Below, in pieces: positions 1-62,106 of a DNA stretch of 64,000 nucleotides (positions within the stretch are counted from its first letter, which is position 1; each line of letters begins with the position of its first letter). The translations under genes and the position numbers were made by a program. Source of the stretch: Chrysomallon squamiferum (taxonomy: Eukaryota; Animalia; Mollusca); assembly GCA_012295275.1 (NCBI GenBank), contig CM022670.1, forward strand, positions 15,438,001-15,502,000, written 5' to 3'. A model generated the notes under the pieces. The model ran no database searches and was not told where the DNA came from. It was given only the letters and a program-made list of their open reading frames with translations.

Positions 1-254
1 CTTTCACTGGATTCATGATAATGATATCCTTTGCTGTCCAGTGTAATCTCTTTGTACTAAAAGTATTTTATTTTTGTTACACAGACAATCATTTTGAATT
101 CAGGTATTTTGTACATAACTTATTATAAATGTGTTTATTTTGTTGTTGCTGTTACATGGGTTTCCTCTTTTCTTTTATTATTTTTAATTTAAAAATATAT
201 ATATATTATTGTTCGTAATTAACTTATTATTTATAAAATGTTTTAAAATATAAA

Positions 255-256
<2 letters not shown>

Positions 257-347
<91 letters not shown>
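257..347. repeat. (CT)n microsatellite
   Basis: Direct reading. Confidence 0.95.
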
Positions 348-565
348 CTTGTAAGTTCGAGCCTAACCAACAATTTCAAAAAAACTCGTACACAGCTGAG
401 AAAGAACTTTTAAAAAAGACACCGGTCCGGTGTTCACTTCTGTGTTTTTTAACTCTTTGTTTCTAGGCATCTATTTTATGTGATTTTTATTATTTGTATT
501 GCTAATATATATGCACAAATAAATAAATATTTAAAATTTTTTGGTGTTTATAAATTTATATGGTT

Positions 566-605
<40 letters not shown>

Positions 606-1738
606 TGTTGTAAAAATTATGACTGGATATGTCTACTGTATAATGAAGAAATATGAACTGTACAAATATATATTTTCAGTAATATCATCATTCCAAGATT
701 ATTCCAAGATTTATTGTCGGATAGAAAAAAATCGAAATCGTAATAAAAATTAAATCAATTATAAATAATAAATGAAACCAAACCTGTCAAACCAAATATA
801 ACTGTCTAACCCTTTAGCTAGCATTTAATTTGCTCATGATGAGGGTAATAATTAACGATGATAATAGCGTAATAACAGAGGGAGATAACTTCAATTATAA
901 TAAATTGAAATTATCGTATTTATCTCCCTTACACAACCTTCATTATGGCGAACGTAACAATACAAATAAAATAATAATTAAGACAACAAATAAACAACGA
1001 AAAGGTCCATAACTCCGGTAATTAAATAATAATTATTATCAAATGTTAATTAGCCGAAAAAATAGATAGTTAAATATTTTTTTGTAATATAAGCATACGT
1101 TAGTGTTTGCTAGCTCAGATCTCAGTTTCACCAACTATAGTAATCGTTTTATACAAAGTCTGTTTATGGCATCCTTCACATTAATTCTTTTTGGGTTTTT
1201 TTTTTTTTTTTTTAAAATTTATTTACGTACCACCTTACTTATTCACATTAAGCAGTAATTTTTAGCTAAAAACAAGCACAAAACCGCCGATGTCAGGACT
1301 CAATAACGTTAACTTTTTCTCTACATTAATAAAATTATTTCCGCTGACTGGAGAGGATAATTCAGGTTCTAACAAGCTCGTTAAAACTTTCTGTCACCAG
1401 TCAGAAGGCCAAACACGGGCGACCTACCCTGACAAAGCTGACCAATCCTGGCCGTGGGAAAGTCACCCACATAACTGTTTGCATTGTGTTGTGTGTCAGC
1501 CAGCTCGGTGATAGGTCGCGGCAGAATTTACCTGACTCATGCAAAACGATAGAGACAAAAATCCCCATAAGAATGAGTGGTTCTTTTTTTTTTTTGTTTT
1601 TTTAACTTTTTCCCCAGGAATGTAATTGTATTTATATTTTTTTTATTTGAAGGTCGACTAAATAACAAAAGTATAGGTTACCTGTCAATGAAAAAAAAAT
1701 AAAATAAAATATAAAATAAATAAATAAATAAATAATTA

Positions 1739-1852
<114 letters not shown>

Positions 1853-2180
1853 AACGAAAACACGTTTATCTTAAGAGGACAGTATTTAACTCAGGTTCAA
1901 GATGAATAAACATAACTCAGTAAACTATACAGGATAAAAAATATTAATGAAATACTTTCAGTTGAGTAATGCTTAAAATCTTCTGAGAAGACAGTCTCGT
2001 ATCATTGCTGTTGATCAATGATTTCACAAGTCTCAGCTACTAAGACTAAACATAAACATAGTGGTGTATTTTAAACTGGAGTTTCGTGGAAAGTCATTAT
2101 TTCATTTAACATGCAGTGTTCATTTTAATCTATCTCTCTCTTTTTTTCTCTGTCTATATTTGTTTATATGCGTCTGTGTG

Positions 2181-2342
<162 letters not shown>

Positions 2343-2856
2343 GCATTCAAACAGACACACATAGAGTAAGAAACGAATCACCGATGGGGACAAGACAACA
2401 GTTTGGACGTTTTTCTGTCGGTGTTATGGGAAACACGGTTGATATCCTGGAAACATCAAAGAGCCGCATCAGGCAACATTCACACATACTGAGATGAATT
2501 AACAGATAAAACGTATCCGGTCATTAGTAAATCAAAATCTGCCGTGACCTTTTCAGCTGGAAAATAATCTTCAGAACTAATCCAGATTAGGGCGTTAACT
2601 CTGTAGACATATAATATCAGAAAAAAAAAAAACTGAAAATGTTTCTAAAAATGTTTCTAAAAATGGATTTTATTGCAGACATTAGAAATGTAGGTTAAAG
2701 TAAAAAGTGAGAGTATTTTATTGAACTCCTGCTGTTTATTATTCTGTGTTGTTTGTTATTTTGTGTTGTGGTTGTTGTTGTTGTTATTGTTGCTATTGTT
2801 TGTTTATGGACATTAAAGAGAAAAAAGCAGTAATGAATTGCCAGACACAGAGACAC

Positions 2857-3021
2857 AGATAGACAGATAGATAGATAGGTAGGTAGATATAGATATATAG
2901 ACAGACAGACAGACAGACAGATAGATAGATAGATGGAAGGATAGACAGGTAGATGATAGATATAGATAGATGGAAAGATAGATAGATAGATATATATATG
3001 TACATACATATATATATATAT

Positions 3022-3069
<48 letters not shown>

Positions 3070-3111
3070 ACATAGATAGATAGACAGAAAGACAGACACA
3101 CACACACACAC

Positions 3112-3198
<87 letters not shown>

Positions 3199-3225
3199 GA
3201 CAGATAGACAGACAGACAGACAGAT
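2857..3225. repeat. Compound (GATA)/(GACA)/(TA)/(CA) microsatellite
   Basis: Direct reading. Confidence 0.92.
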
Positions 3226-4628
3226 ATATAAATAGAACACTAATTGGATACCTAAAAACCTGCCTGCAGACCTATCTGTCTACACGTCAAACGCGTTATA
3301 GAAAATTGAAAATAACACATATACACAACTCTTAACTTTATATAATACATAACCCGAGTATAATGCATACAAGCTTATAAGCATATCGAAAACGCGCATG
3401 CGCGTAATGTGGAAAAACTAGTTTTATTTGCTTACCTTTTTAACATGATCATTTAAAGTTTGTTCTGAATACAAATGACTGTGATGAACAACATACGTCT
3501 GAAAGTGCATGAGGGAAAACAGCGATATGGATAGACATGCACCACTGACATGGTTAAATAGAAGTAATTCGTGTACTTTGCTAGATAAAGAAACCGTAGC
3601 CGGCTTTGAGAGACATTACGCAAAGGAACGGCATTACTGATCATATTTAAATAACTAGTATATAAAGAAGTGAAGTTACTGAATTGACTTTTTAAGAAAA
3701 AAGAATAAAAAGAAGAAGAAAAAAAAATGTGTATCAGTAAACTGAACCCCGTGAGAGAAGTTCTTTAAATCCAGTGTTCAAAAAATATAAAATATTCTGC
3801 CGAATGTGTGTGGTTTTTAATTAAGTCATATCAGTTATGTTGCTAGTAGTTTAAAATGCGAGGATGAAACAAAACTGTAACATTCTGTGACGTACTCAGG
3901 CTTAGGAGGAAATTTAATACAGCTTGGGGGATCAGTATGGCATGGGGGAACACAGATACAATTTCATATATTAATGGTGTTGATATTTTAGAAACTGCTA
4001 TTATTATTTTTATTATTATTTCTGTGTTTGTTCTTTCTCTCGTCATTCCTTTCCTTCTTTGTTGCTTCCTTTCTTTCTTTCACTGTTACGTATTTTGCTT
4101 TCCGTCAGAGAATAAATTATTACAATTTTTTTAAAAATTTAAAAAATTATATATATTCACAATATTCAGCATGTTTTTACTGAGTAAACTTACAAATGTC
4201 ATCTAGAGAAGAAAAAAAATAACTGAGTGATTTCAGTGAACTCACTACGACCAGAAAATACTAATATATTAATGTCCCACGAGGAAAATTAAATTGTCTT
4301 TGGCTCTGACATTCAGCTGATCAATTAGCACCGGCGAGATCGCCAGAGAAATGAGTTATCAGCTCTGATGTTCAGCCACAATGATTATTCTAACAGTATC
4401 TGAAAATAATAAAAATTATTTCTGATGCTTGTCAGAAACTGATCAATTTTAGTTTCAAGCATTAATGTGAAAATGTGTAAAATAAATTAAATAAATAAAC
4501 AAACAACAGCACTGTTTGAAATTTTTATTGCAATTGTTATTGTTATCGTTATTATCATTGTTACAGCTGCTGCATTGTTTGTATTAGTTTTATGCTGATG
4601 ATTCTTTTTTTATTATTATTTTCGTAAC

Positions 4629-4836
4629 TAGTAGTAGTAGAAGTTATAGTAGTAGTGGTAGTAGTAATAGTTGTATTAGTAATAGTAATAGTTGCAGCAG
4701 TAGTAGTAATAGTAGTAACACTAGTAACAGTAGCTGTATCAGCAGTAGTAATGGTACTAGTAGTAGTAGTAGTTGGAGTAGTGGTAGTAGTAGTAGTAGT
4801 AGAAGCAGCAGTGGTGATAAAAGTTGTAGTAGTAAC
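4629..4836. repeat. Degenerate (TAG)n trinucleotide repeat
   Basis: Direct reading; source of the poly-T/poly-V pseudo-ORFs. Confidence 0.88.
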
Positions 4837-5446
4837 AGTTTTTGTTGTCATTGTAATTTATGCTCTTGTGACAGTGTGTTTCCTTTTCAATATTTATTTT
4901 GTTTCTTCGATGATAAAATTATCTGTAATGTTATTACATTTCTTGGACTTTATTTCATAAATCGCAAATTAAACTAATTTTTGTATATTATTACAGTTCA
5001 CATTAACAACAGTGGCCAAAATCTGCTTGCAGAAATCGAATAATTGTGAACTTATGGGTGACTTAATGAATTAAAAACTAAAACGAAAGACAGAAAAACT
5101 AACGAACATGGTTACAAAGGCAAGTTCTGCTTCAGACGCTGTTAATACTCAGCTGAGTCTGTCCAGGACTTTCGGTGAATCACGGTAACATAATGTGGAA
5201 TGATTAAAATGAAATAATCGAGACTATGGCCGCTCGTGTGACAGTTTTTAATTACAGCCCCTGGTGCTGACAGCAGAAACTGGGTTGTTATCGACCGAAA
5301 CAGCCTCTAAATAGCAGAGTGCCAATTTCGATACTTTGACAATTTCATTTGATGAGTTTCGTAAAAGGACATCGTTAACTCGAAAAAGATGAAAAGCTGT
5401 CGGAGGTGCATTTCAAAATACCGACAGCTTTTTTCTTTTTTTTTTT

Positions 5447-5491
<45 letters not shown>

Positions 5492-6691
5492 CTTACTCAT
5501 ATGTAAATACTCATAAACACTCTTACATGACATATAAAGAGGTTTTTTTCCCCCTTAGTTCCACATAAAGAATATAACAATTTCTTTATAAATTACCGAA
5601 ACCATAAAAGAATACTAATTCGAAAGAGTTAAAGAGTTAAGTTAGTTTGCTGCTACTTCTCAAGAGAAATATTCTACATACATGTGTATGTATAATTATC
5701 TATAAACCTAAAATACGCTTAAACCAAGACGTTTATTGTGTGCTGATCCTCCGACGCTAAAAGTCATGAAATGAAATCAAAATGGATAAATATTTTTGTT
5801 TGCAGAAATGACGCTTCACAGCGTTTTGTCGAACTAATTCAAAAAGCAGAACTGGGAATTTTAATTTATTTTTAATCTCGAAAAACTTTGACTCAAAAAA
5901 AAAAAAACCCAGTGCGATGTCGGGTTTTCATTTTTACATCGTTAAAACTTAAATGCTTGAAATGCACTTTTTAGTTCACATTGTCGTTCTGATTAAAGTT
6001 TTATTTTTAATAAATTTATAATTTGCTTCCCACATCTTGTCATTTATAAATGAAGTTTCATGTAGTATATCAGATATCGTTCATCATACAGACAGTTAGG
6101 AAGGTAATGGGAAAGTATGTAGACTGTTACATAGGTAGATATCTGTAGGCATGTATGGATGCATGGATAGGTGGATGAACATTTATGTCTTTTTTTATAT
6201 GTGTGAACAATGTGTGTATATTTATTTGTATGTAGTTGTATGAATGTATGTATCTATGTATGTTCTGTGTGTTGTATATGTATATGTGTGTAAATGTGTG
6301 TATGTATGCATAAATGTATTAGTATACATACATACATATTCATAAATACATACATACATACATATACATGCACACACACAGACACACATGCATACCTCTG
6401 TGTAGTCCTGACACAAAACTGAATATGTCAACATAATTAATGTCTATTCATCAGGTCAGTGTAGTTTCTCATTAATGTGTTAACTGAACAAATATTGCTG
6501 TTTGTGTTCTCTCGAGAAATTCCTTCCATAACCTGATTACACCATTAGCCTGACGACTGCAGGGAATACGACAGATATGGTATTATACTTCATAACCTTA
6601 TCTCTGTGTCCGCCAGACATCGAAATAGCGCTGTCAAAGTCAGATCCAGTAATCCCAGTGATGCCTTTTGAGCTGCCCACCAACAGAATGT

Positions 6692-7305
6692 CACGTACGT
6701 TATTTTCAGCACAGTCTCACACCATGGATCTACGTACCATGTCAATATCGGCACGTACGTTACTTAAAATGCAACTGGATCTAAGTAGTGCGTTACTTAA
6801 ATTACAGTTTGTCCACGGACGTAAGTACTGAAAATGCAACGTACGTACTTAAAATAGAGTTTGTCCATGGATCAAAAGTACCAGGCTTAAATTTCAATGT
6901 ACGTTACTTAAAATGAAATCCGTACATTCATCTAAGAATCACACTTATCGTGCAACGTACATTATTTAAATTACAATTGGTCCATGTATCTAAGTACCAC
7001 ACTGATAATGTAACGTACGTTACCTAAAATACAATTTACTCATGGATCTAAGTGACATACCTATGTTTCAATGTACCTTACATAAAATGCAATTTGTCCA
7101 TGGATATTTGGACAACACCATCAGAGTTACAGTATTTACAAACTGTTAGTCCATGGATCTGTTAAAAGAGTTCTGTGTAGTTAGTCTGTGTATCTATTTA
7201 ATAAGTCGCATATAATTAGTCCATGAATCTAACTACTGAGTCATGAACATTTAGTCCATGGATCGTGTTAATGTGTTATATATAGTTTGTGTCATGGATC
7301 TGTAT
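6692..7305. repeat. Degenerate ~58-bp minisatellite grading into ~35-bp units
   Basis: caa(c/t)gtac-like motif recurs at ~6837, 6895, 6953, 7011, 7069; tccatggatct-like core recurs to ~7300. Confidence 0.85.
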
Positions 7306-7370
7306 ACTTGATCCAAGAACGTAATTTAAAGGACTGTTAATTTAAGGATTGTGTATTGCACTGGCAATGT

Positions 7371-7373
<3 letters not shown>

Positions 7374-7438
<65 letters not shown>
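7374..7438. repeat. (CA)n microsatellite
   Basis: Direct reading. Confidence 0.95.
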
Positions 7439-7440
<2 letters not shown>

Positions 7441-8418
7441 CAGTTTATTTACTAGGAGATGAAAAAGACAATAGTTTGTAATGGTTTGATATCTACAACG
7501 CTGCAGTTATAAGATTAGAAAAAAACTAAAATTTTGTTACACTTGTAATATAATACATCATATCTTGGCCCCCATTAGTAGTTATTCTTCATGCTGCAAC
7601 ATCAAAAGCAGGGTATTCAGTTTGAAACCTGGGGCACAGTAACACGAAACGTTAATTCGAACAATGATTTTGGAGTAGAATTTCCAGAACTTTATGTTGT
7701 AGTAAATCTGCTTTTACAAAATATAACGCAACGGCTGACTTCATAAACGTAACAGTGGTCTGTTCTATGATATTTGATATGAGCTCCAGGTTTATAGATT
7801 TTTTTGTATTAACTTTTAATTCAGCTTTCAAAGGGTTACTGTCTGCAGACATCAACCTGATACCCTGACTGAGTCTTTAATCCGATTTTTGTCATGAATA
7901 TTCTCGAAAAAAAAAGAAAATAAAGTGTAAACTAGCATTATCTCAATGGGGTGTACTGCGTAAGTAATAAAAATAAAAAAATTTAAAAATTAATAAAATG
8001 AAACAGTCTGTTGATTAACGTACAAACGTCTAAAGTCATATTTTACAAAGTCAATCACATTAAATGATATCATGCTGTCAAATATCACATTTAATAGTTT
8101 AGAATTGGGGACATATTTATTTTTGTTCTGTACACATATTTATATCTGCTTATATATATATATATAAACCAAAAGAACAGAATACACTGATAATCTGAAT
8201 TAGAAAAAGAAACAGATTTTTCAATCAAATTCATTAGATTATTTTCTTAATTAGATTTCAATTTTTACTGAAATCAGATATGACTGTTTTTAGAAATATT
8301 TAATTATTGTGCAACAGAACCTACCGGCAGTTAAACAAATAAATCGAAACCAGAATACTCTCTATACGTATAATTATAATTTTAAAAATAATAATAACAA
8401 TAATAAATAAATAAATTA

Positions 8419-8455
<37 letters not shown>

Positions 8456-8792
8456 AATAATATAATAATATTAACGATTAAGGTACACTTCACGCTCATT
8501 GTTCTCTTAGATAGATTATGTTGGTTACAGAACTTAAGGCGACAACCATTAAAAACACAACACTGTTTGCAGACAGAAAAATATATTAGACAGAGAGAAA
8601 AATCAGACAGACAGATTATCGGACAGAACGGTTTTCCAGACACACAAAGTAACCTGTTCGTATGTAACATAGTCCCAAAACTGACCGCTACATAAAAGGT
8701 GTTTCGATTCTGCTCATCCCCTTCCTGAATGGGATTCTCGACACAAAGTATTCGTCTGTGTGTTTGTCTATTCTGAGACTACGGTCGTTTCC

Positions 8793-8833
8793 AGGTCGTG
8801 ACCTTAACTGACCTCAGGTGAATCGAGTGACCT
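8793..8833. promoter_or_regulatory. Nuclear-receptor element cluster with a perfect DR4
   Basis: TGACCT-taac-TGACCT at 8799-8814, overlapping AGGTCgTGACCT near-palindrome at 8793-8804, third TGACCT at 8828. Confidence 0.4.
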
Positions 8834-9030
8834 AAACAGTTAAATATTTAGAAAATGCTGTACGGAGAGCTGTTTGTGGCATTGATCAGCACACAGCTGC
8901 AGACATCAACCAGCGGGTACAGAAACACACTGGAGGGAAAGATAAAAAGTTGTGTTAACTTGACGGTGATTCATATTTCAGTGATGGTCGACACTACTCT
9001 GGGATTTTTGGGTGTCCCTGTGAGGATGTA

Positions 9031-9067
<37 letters not shown>

Positions 9068-11827
9068 AATGTGTGTGTGTCTATAATTTGTGTATGTGTT
9101 TACATGTGTTTATGCATGCGTGTATACATAGAGCAGCGCTTGTGTGTGCATACTTTATCATGTGTGTGAGTGTATATGTATGTGTATATATAACTATGCA
9201 TGTAATTGAGTGTACATGTACGTGCGTATGTATCTATGTATGCGTCTTTTTAGATTAATCCTACTAAACTCGGTAAAAAATAACTAATCTGGGTTCAAGA
9301 CATTGTAGCAATGTCATGCTTAACCGGGCAGCAATACCTCCGCCTCCCGACCACCACCCCCCGCATTATCTAAAACGCCTCTTTCTTCTTTTTTTTAAAC
9401 CAGCTAACCTAACAACAAAATAACGTCAGGTTAACGAGAAATAAATCACAGGATTTACGCTTGCACTGAAAAATAAAAGCTACGCAATAATTTAAAATAA
9501 GTACAGGATGAGAATCCCTTATTCGAATTGTTTGGGACTGAAAGTGGAATACCAAAAGATAGTCAAAATGCGAATTCCATTTACATTTTGTTTACAGCTT
9601 ATGCATGCTTTTTTTTTAAATATAATATTTTTAATAATTGTGTGTGAAAATAAGTTTTGTGTATTCAAAAACTTTATGAGAACGCTATTTCTAATAAAAG
9701 AAAAAAAGACAAAGGAAATGTCAGTAAAAAAAAAAATATAACAAAATGTTAAACATCCACTTATATTTGTGTGTCCAACACATTCTCCGAGAGTTCTTCC
9801 TGCAGTACGCATAACGACTGTTAGCAATCAGAGGAAATAGGTGGTTACAAGGTCACGTGAGTTCATTGTTGTTAGTTTTTTTTAAAACAATAATAATAAA
9901 ATTAAAAAATAAAATATCTATGAAACACAGGAAGAATTTAAAAGGAGCAACGAAGAAAAAATAAAGCAGACAATTTGACAATGTAATCAAGTGTCAAAGA
10001 TTACTTTGTTAAAAATCTTAATGACCGGAAGAGAGTTTTCATCGCCATCGTTAATGACCGTGGTTCAAAGTGTGCATTATTCTGTGAAATACCAGACGTA
10101 CGTAACAGTGTTTAATACAGACCACTAATTTCAGCTGTGACAAATTGTTGTATTGACAATCTGTTTTCGTCGATGGATTCACAAAAGCTTGTGCAAGGAA
10201 AGGAATGAAGTTTTTCATTCGCTTCATAGAGTAGTTTGTGAACACGCATAATACTGAATAATAACATTCACATGTTGAATACGAAAAGAAACTAATACAT
10301 TTTCTGATGATCTGTAAATAAAATGTAGAAACAGTTCCCTTCGAGTACTTTGGCGTAATCAGTGACGTCTTTGATATTTGATGTATTAAGCCAGAATGAC
10401 AGAAAAAAATATATATTCCTTCCTTCAGTGTTTTATAAATTATTCTTTATAATGAATTTTAATTTATTTTTTTTATATAATTTTAAAGTTAGTGTTTCAA
10501 TAAAGTGAGGATGTTGTGGTGATAGCAATGCTGTTTCTTACTTCACTCGTCACTAGCTATCTTTTTGTCAGTGTTAAAAAAATAATAATAATAAAAATAA
10601 AATAAAAAATAAACTAGTTTCAACTCTCAGACTACCAGCCAACTAGCAATTCAAGTGAAAAAAAAAAAAAATAAAAAAAAAAAAGAATTATAAAAAATAT
10701 TTTGGGTGAAAAAAAAGAAATGATCACTATTTACTGTGGAAAGAGCTCTAATGAGAAAATAAATATCAAAGCGTGCAGCAAGAGGGCGCTGTCGATCAGT
10801 GCAGTGTGTTTTTCTTTTGAATCATCTCTCTGTGTGAGTTTTAACATTAGTTTGACACGAACTGAAATACCACTGAACAGTGCCATTCATTGAGAACACG
10901 CAGTAATAATGTGTTAGAGATAAAGAGATTTAGGGGAAAATTCCAGAGAGAAGTTGGATAATGCAGTTTATTTATTTATATTCATGTTGAAAAAAATAAA
11001 CAGAGAAAAGCCAACATTTACATATGCTTGTGCATTTGTATGCATAATGGTTCTGCAATGCATATTTGTGTATGAGTGCTTGTAAGTGTGTATGTATGTG
11101 TATCTGTAGAGAGATGTGTGTGTGTGTGTATATGTGCGTGTCGGCTTACTTATATGTATGTATCATCGTATATGTGTATATATCTGTAAGTGTATATAAG
11201 TAGTATTAGGACAAAGAAAAACAGTATATTAATACTGATGAAGCAGTCATTCAGTTTGATTTGTCATTAGTATTAATTTTTTTTTTCCGCCGTCATTAAT
11301 AACATTTCGGAAATTGCTAATCCTGGAAAAAAAAAAAACCGATACATTTCAAACACTCAATTAACTAAAAGGACATCCGTTTTTCTAATTAAATTGCTGA
11401 TGTATTATATTCTGCTAAGTTACACCAATTTGTTATTTTCTTTACATCTCACCGAATTTATCCACGATAGCCATTAATTTCGTATTCGGGGTTTATTGCA
11501 ATGGCCATGACGTTAAGAATGTCATATCAGTCCATGATGTCATAAACAACAGTAGACAGTTCAGGAAGTGTGAATTACGATGACGTCATAACGAATTCGG
11601 TGGCCGTGTCATATGTAAATGTTATATTTTAAGCTCAGTAATGGAACTAATTTAATCAGTTTCAGTAAATGACGTAAATGTTACGTCAGGTCAGAGAGGA
11701 ACACGTGTGATACATAAAATATGGCACCTACATCATCATACTGGCTTCATTATTATTTTTATTTTTATTTTTTTCTGTTATAGTATATATGTTAATTATC
11801 ATTTCCTCTACTATTATTAGTATCACG

Positions 11828-12100
11828 GCTGCTGCTGTTGCTGCTGCTATTTCTGCTGCTACTACTATCTCTACCACTACCATGACTACTATTCCCACTT
11901 CCTCTACTACTACTCACCATCAACATCCTACATTCTACATCAACACTAATGCTACTGCTACTACTGCTTTCACTACTATTACTACACATTACTAGTTTCT
12001 ACTTCAGCCTGCTAGCACTGCCACTACTACTACTACTACTATATCTACTATTACTATTACAACTTCAATAAAAACAACAATTACTACTACTATTATTACT
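11828..12100. repeat. Degenerate (CTG/CTA)n repeat
   Basis: Direct reading. Confidence 0.8.
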
Positions 12101-13299
12101 AATGTTATTGTTGTTGTTGTTCCACATCTTGAAATGTATCCGATTTTTATATTATAGAAAACAAACATTTCAATATTACAAGAGAGACACTAAAACATAA
12201 CTCGCGGACATGCCCAGGGCTAACTTCAATGAAGTAACATTATTACACCTAACCTTCTTTTTAATCCTGCTCCTCGGGCACACTCTATAACAATACACCT
12301 AATAGTATTTCAGACAATCCTTAACAATCCTATGCCACCAAAACCGGTGTGAGCTAAATACTTCTCACGTTTAGGACGTGTTAGTCACAAATTATCAACT
12401 TGCCAGCTACTTTCTATTCATGTTAAAATAGGCGTACCGTATTTGTCTCTGCAATTGAAGTGACTGTCAAAAATATCGTCCACATCACCACGTTCATGAT
12501 TCTTAAAGAAGTTAACAAGCTGAAATGCTGTTAGCTGAACAAGCGTCGTCAGTCTGTTGGAAATGATTATGATGCACCAATCTTAAACATATACTATTTT
12601 CCATTTTAAATACAGTTCATTTTCTGTGATAATTATTCAATATACTGTTTTATTAATCACACTGCAGTATTATATCTGGTTACTAGGTAACCTGTTTGAA
12701 AATATAGATAAATTGTATACAAGTCCAAGCAGTCTGTATATACAGGTCTGTAGTCTAATAATTAAAAAATATCTTGGTCGTTTTAGTTAATGTTAAGTTT
12801 TAATTTTAATTTTATTTTTTATTATTATTATTATATAAATACTATTATCTTTTGAATTTAACGTCGTTTTTTAAAATTATTTTTCTCTCTCTTTTATTCA
12901 TTTGTCGGTGATGTTTTTTAGTTCTTAAATCAGCATATACAAATTTATTGTAATATGTATTACGGTGGTACACAATATAATTATATTAAGAATCCCTTTC
13001 TCTCTTTCTCTCTCTGACTGTCTGCATTAATGGAAAACTACTATCCTTTAAATTCCTTCACATCAAATAGAATGTTATCTGATAGCTGTTTAATTTTGTA
13101 ATTCACATTACATCAATTTAAGGCAACCCAAAATCAGAAGTAAAAGAAGCCAGTATAATCCAGCATATTCAAAACGATAACGGACAAAAACACTCTTTCT
13201 TTTGTCTGGTGGCAGGCAGCAATCTTCTCGGCATTGCTCTATTTATGCTCACTGAAGCTTGATGAGAGTCGGTCACTGGTTCCTTTATTGACAGTAGCA

Positions 13300-13649
13300 A
13301 TTGGGCAAAAATTCGAACCCGTCGGGAAGATGGTTTTATTTGCATCGATTTGGCCAAGTCGTACCCCACATTCGCTCGCGGCAGCAGACTTCGCTTCGCT
13401 TCTGCATGGACAAATAGGCGCGGGCTTCTTCTGCGTTTGTCGTCTGCTTGTCTAACAGGGTCATGGAATGAACTGCTCGCACTATTTAGATAGTTTATCT
13501 GTGGAGGAAGGAAATACTAAATAAGCTGATCCAGTCTAGTAAGCAAGGATGCAGTGTGTCAGTGATTATTAATATCTGGATCGTTTTAGATACAGAATTT
13601 TGTTCGTTGAAATTTCGTGTTTGATAAAAAAAATAAAATAAAATAAAAT
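13300..13649 (+). promoter_or_regulatory. CpG-rich promoter/5' UTR of exon 1a
   Basis: GC- and CpG-rich island within AT-rich flanks, directly upstream of the ATG at 13650. Confidence 0.5.

Positions 13650-62106
<48,457 letters not shown>

Noticed and set aside
4561-4960. Poly-Thr (mucin-like) and poly-Val ORFs
   Set aside because: Derived from a degenerate (TAG)n repeat; no credible splice or domain context.
6692-7305. Possible CRISPR-like array
   Set aside because: Units are contiguous degenerate tandem repeats without unique spacers; the context is eukaryotic, with no cas genes.
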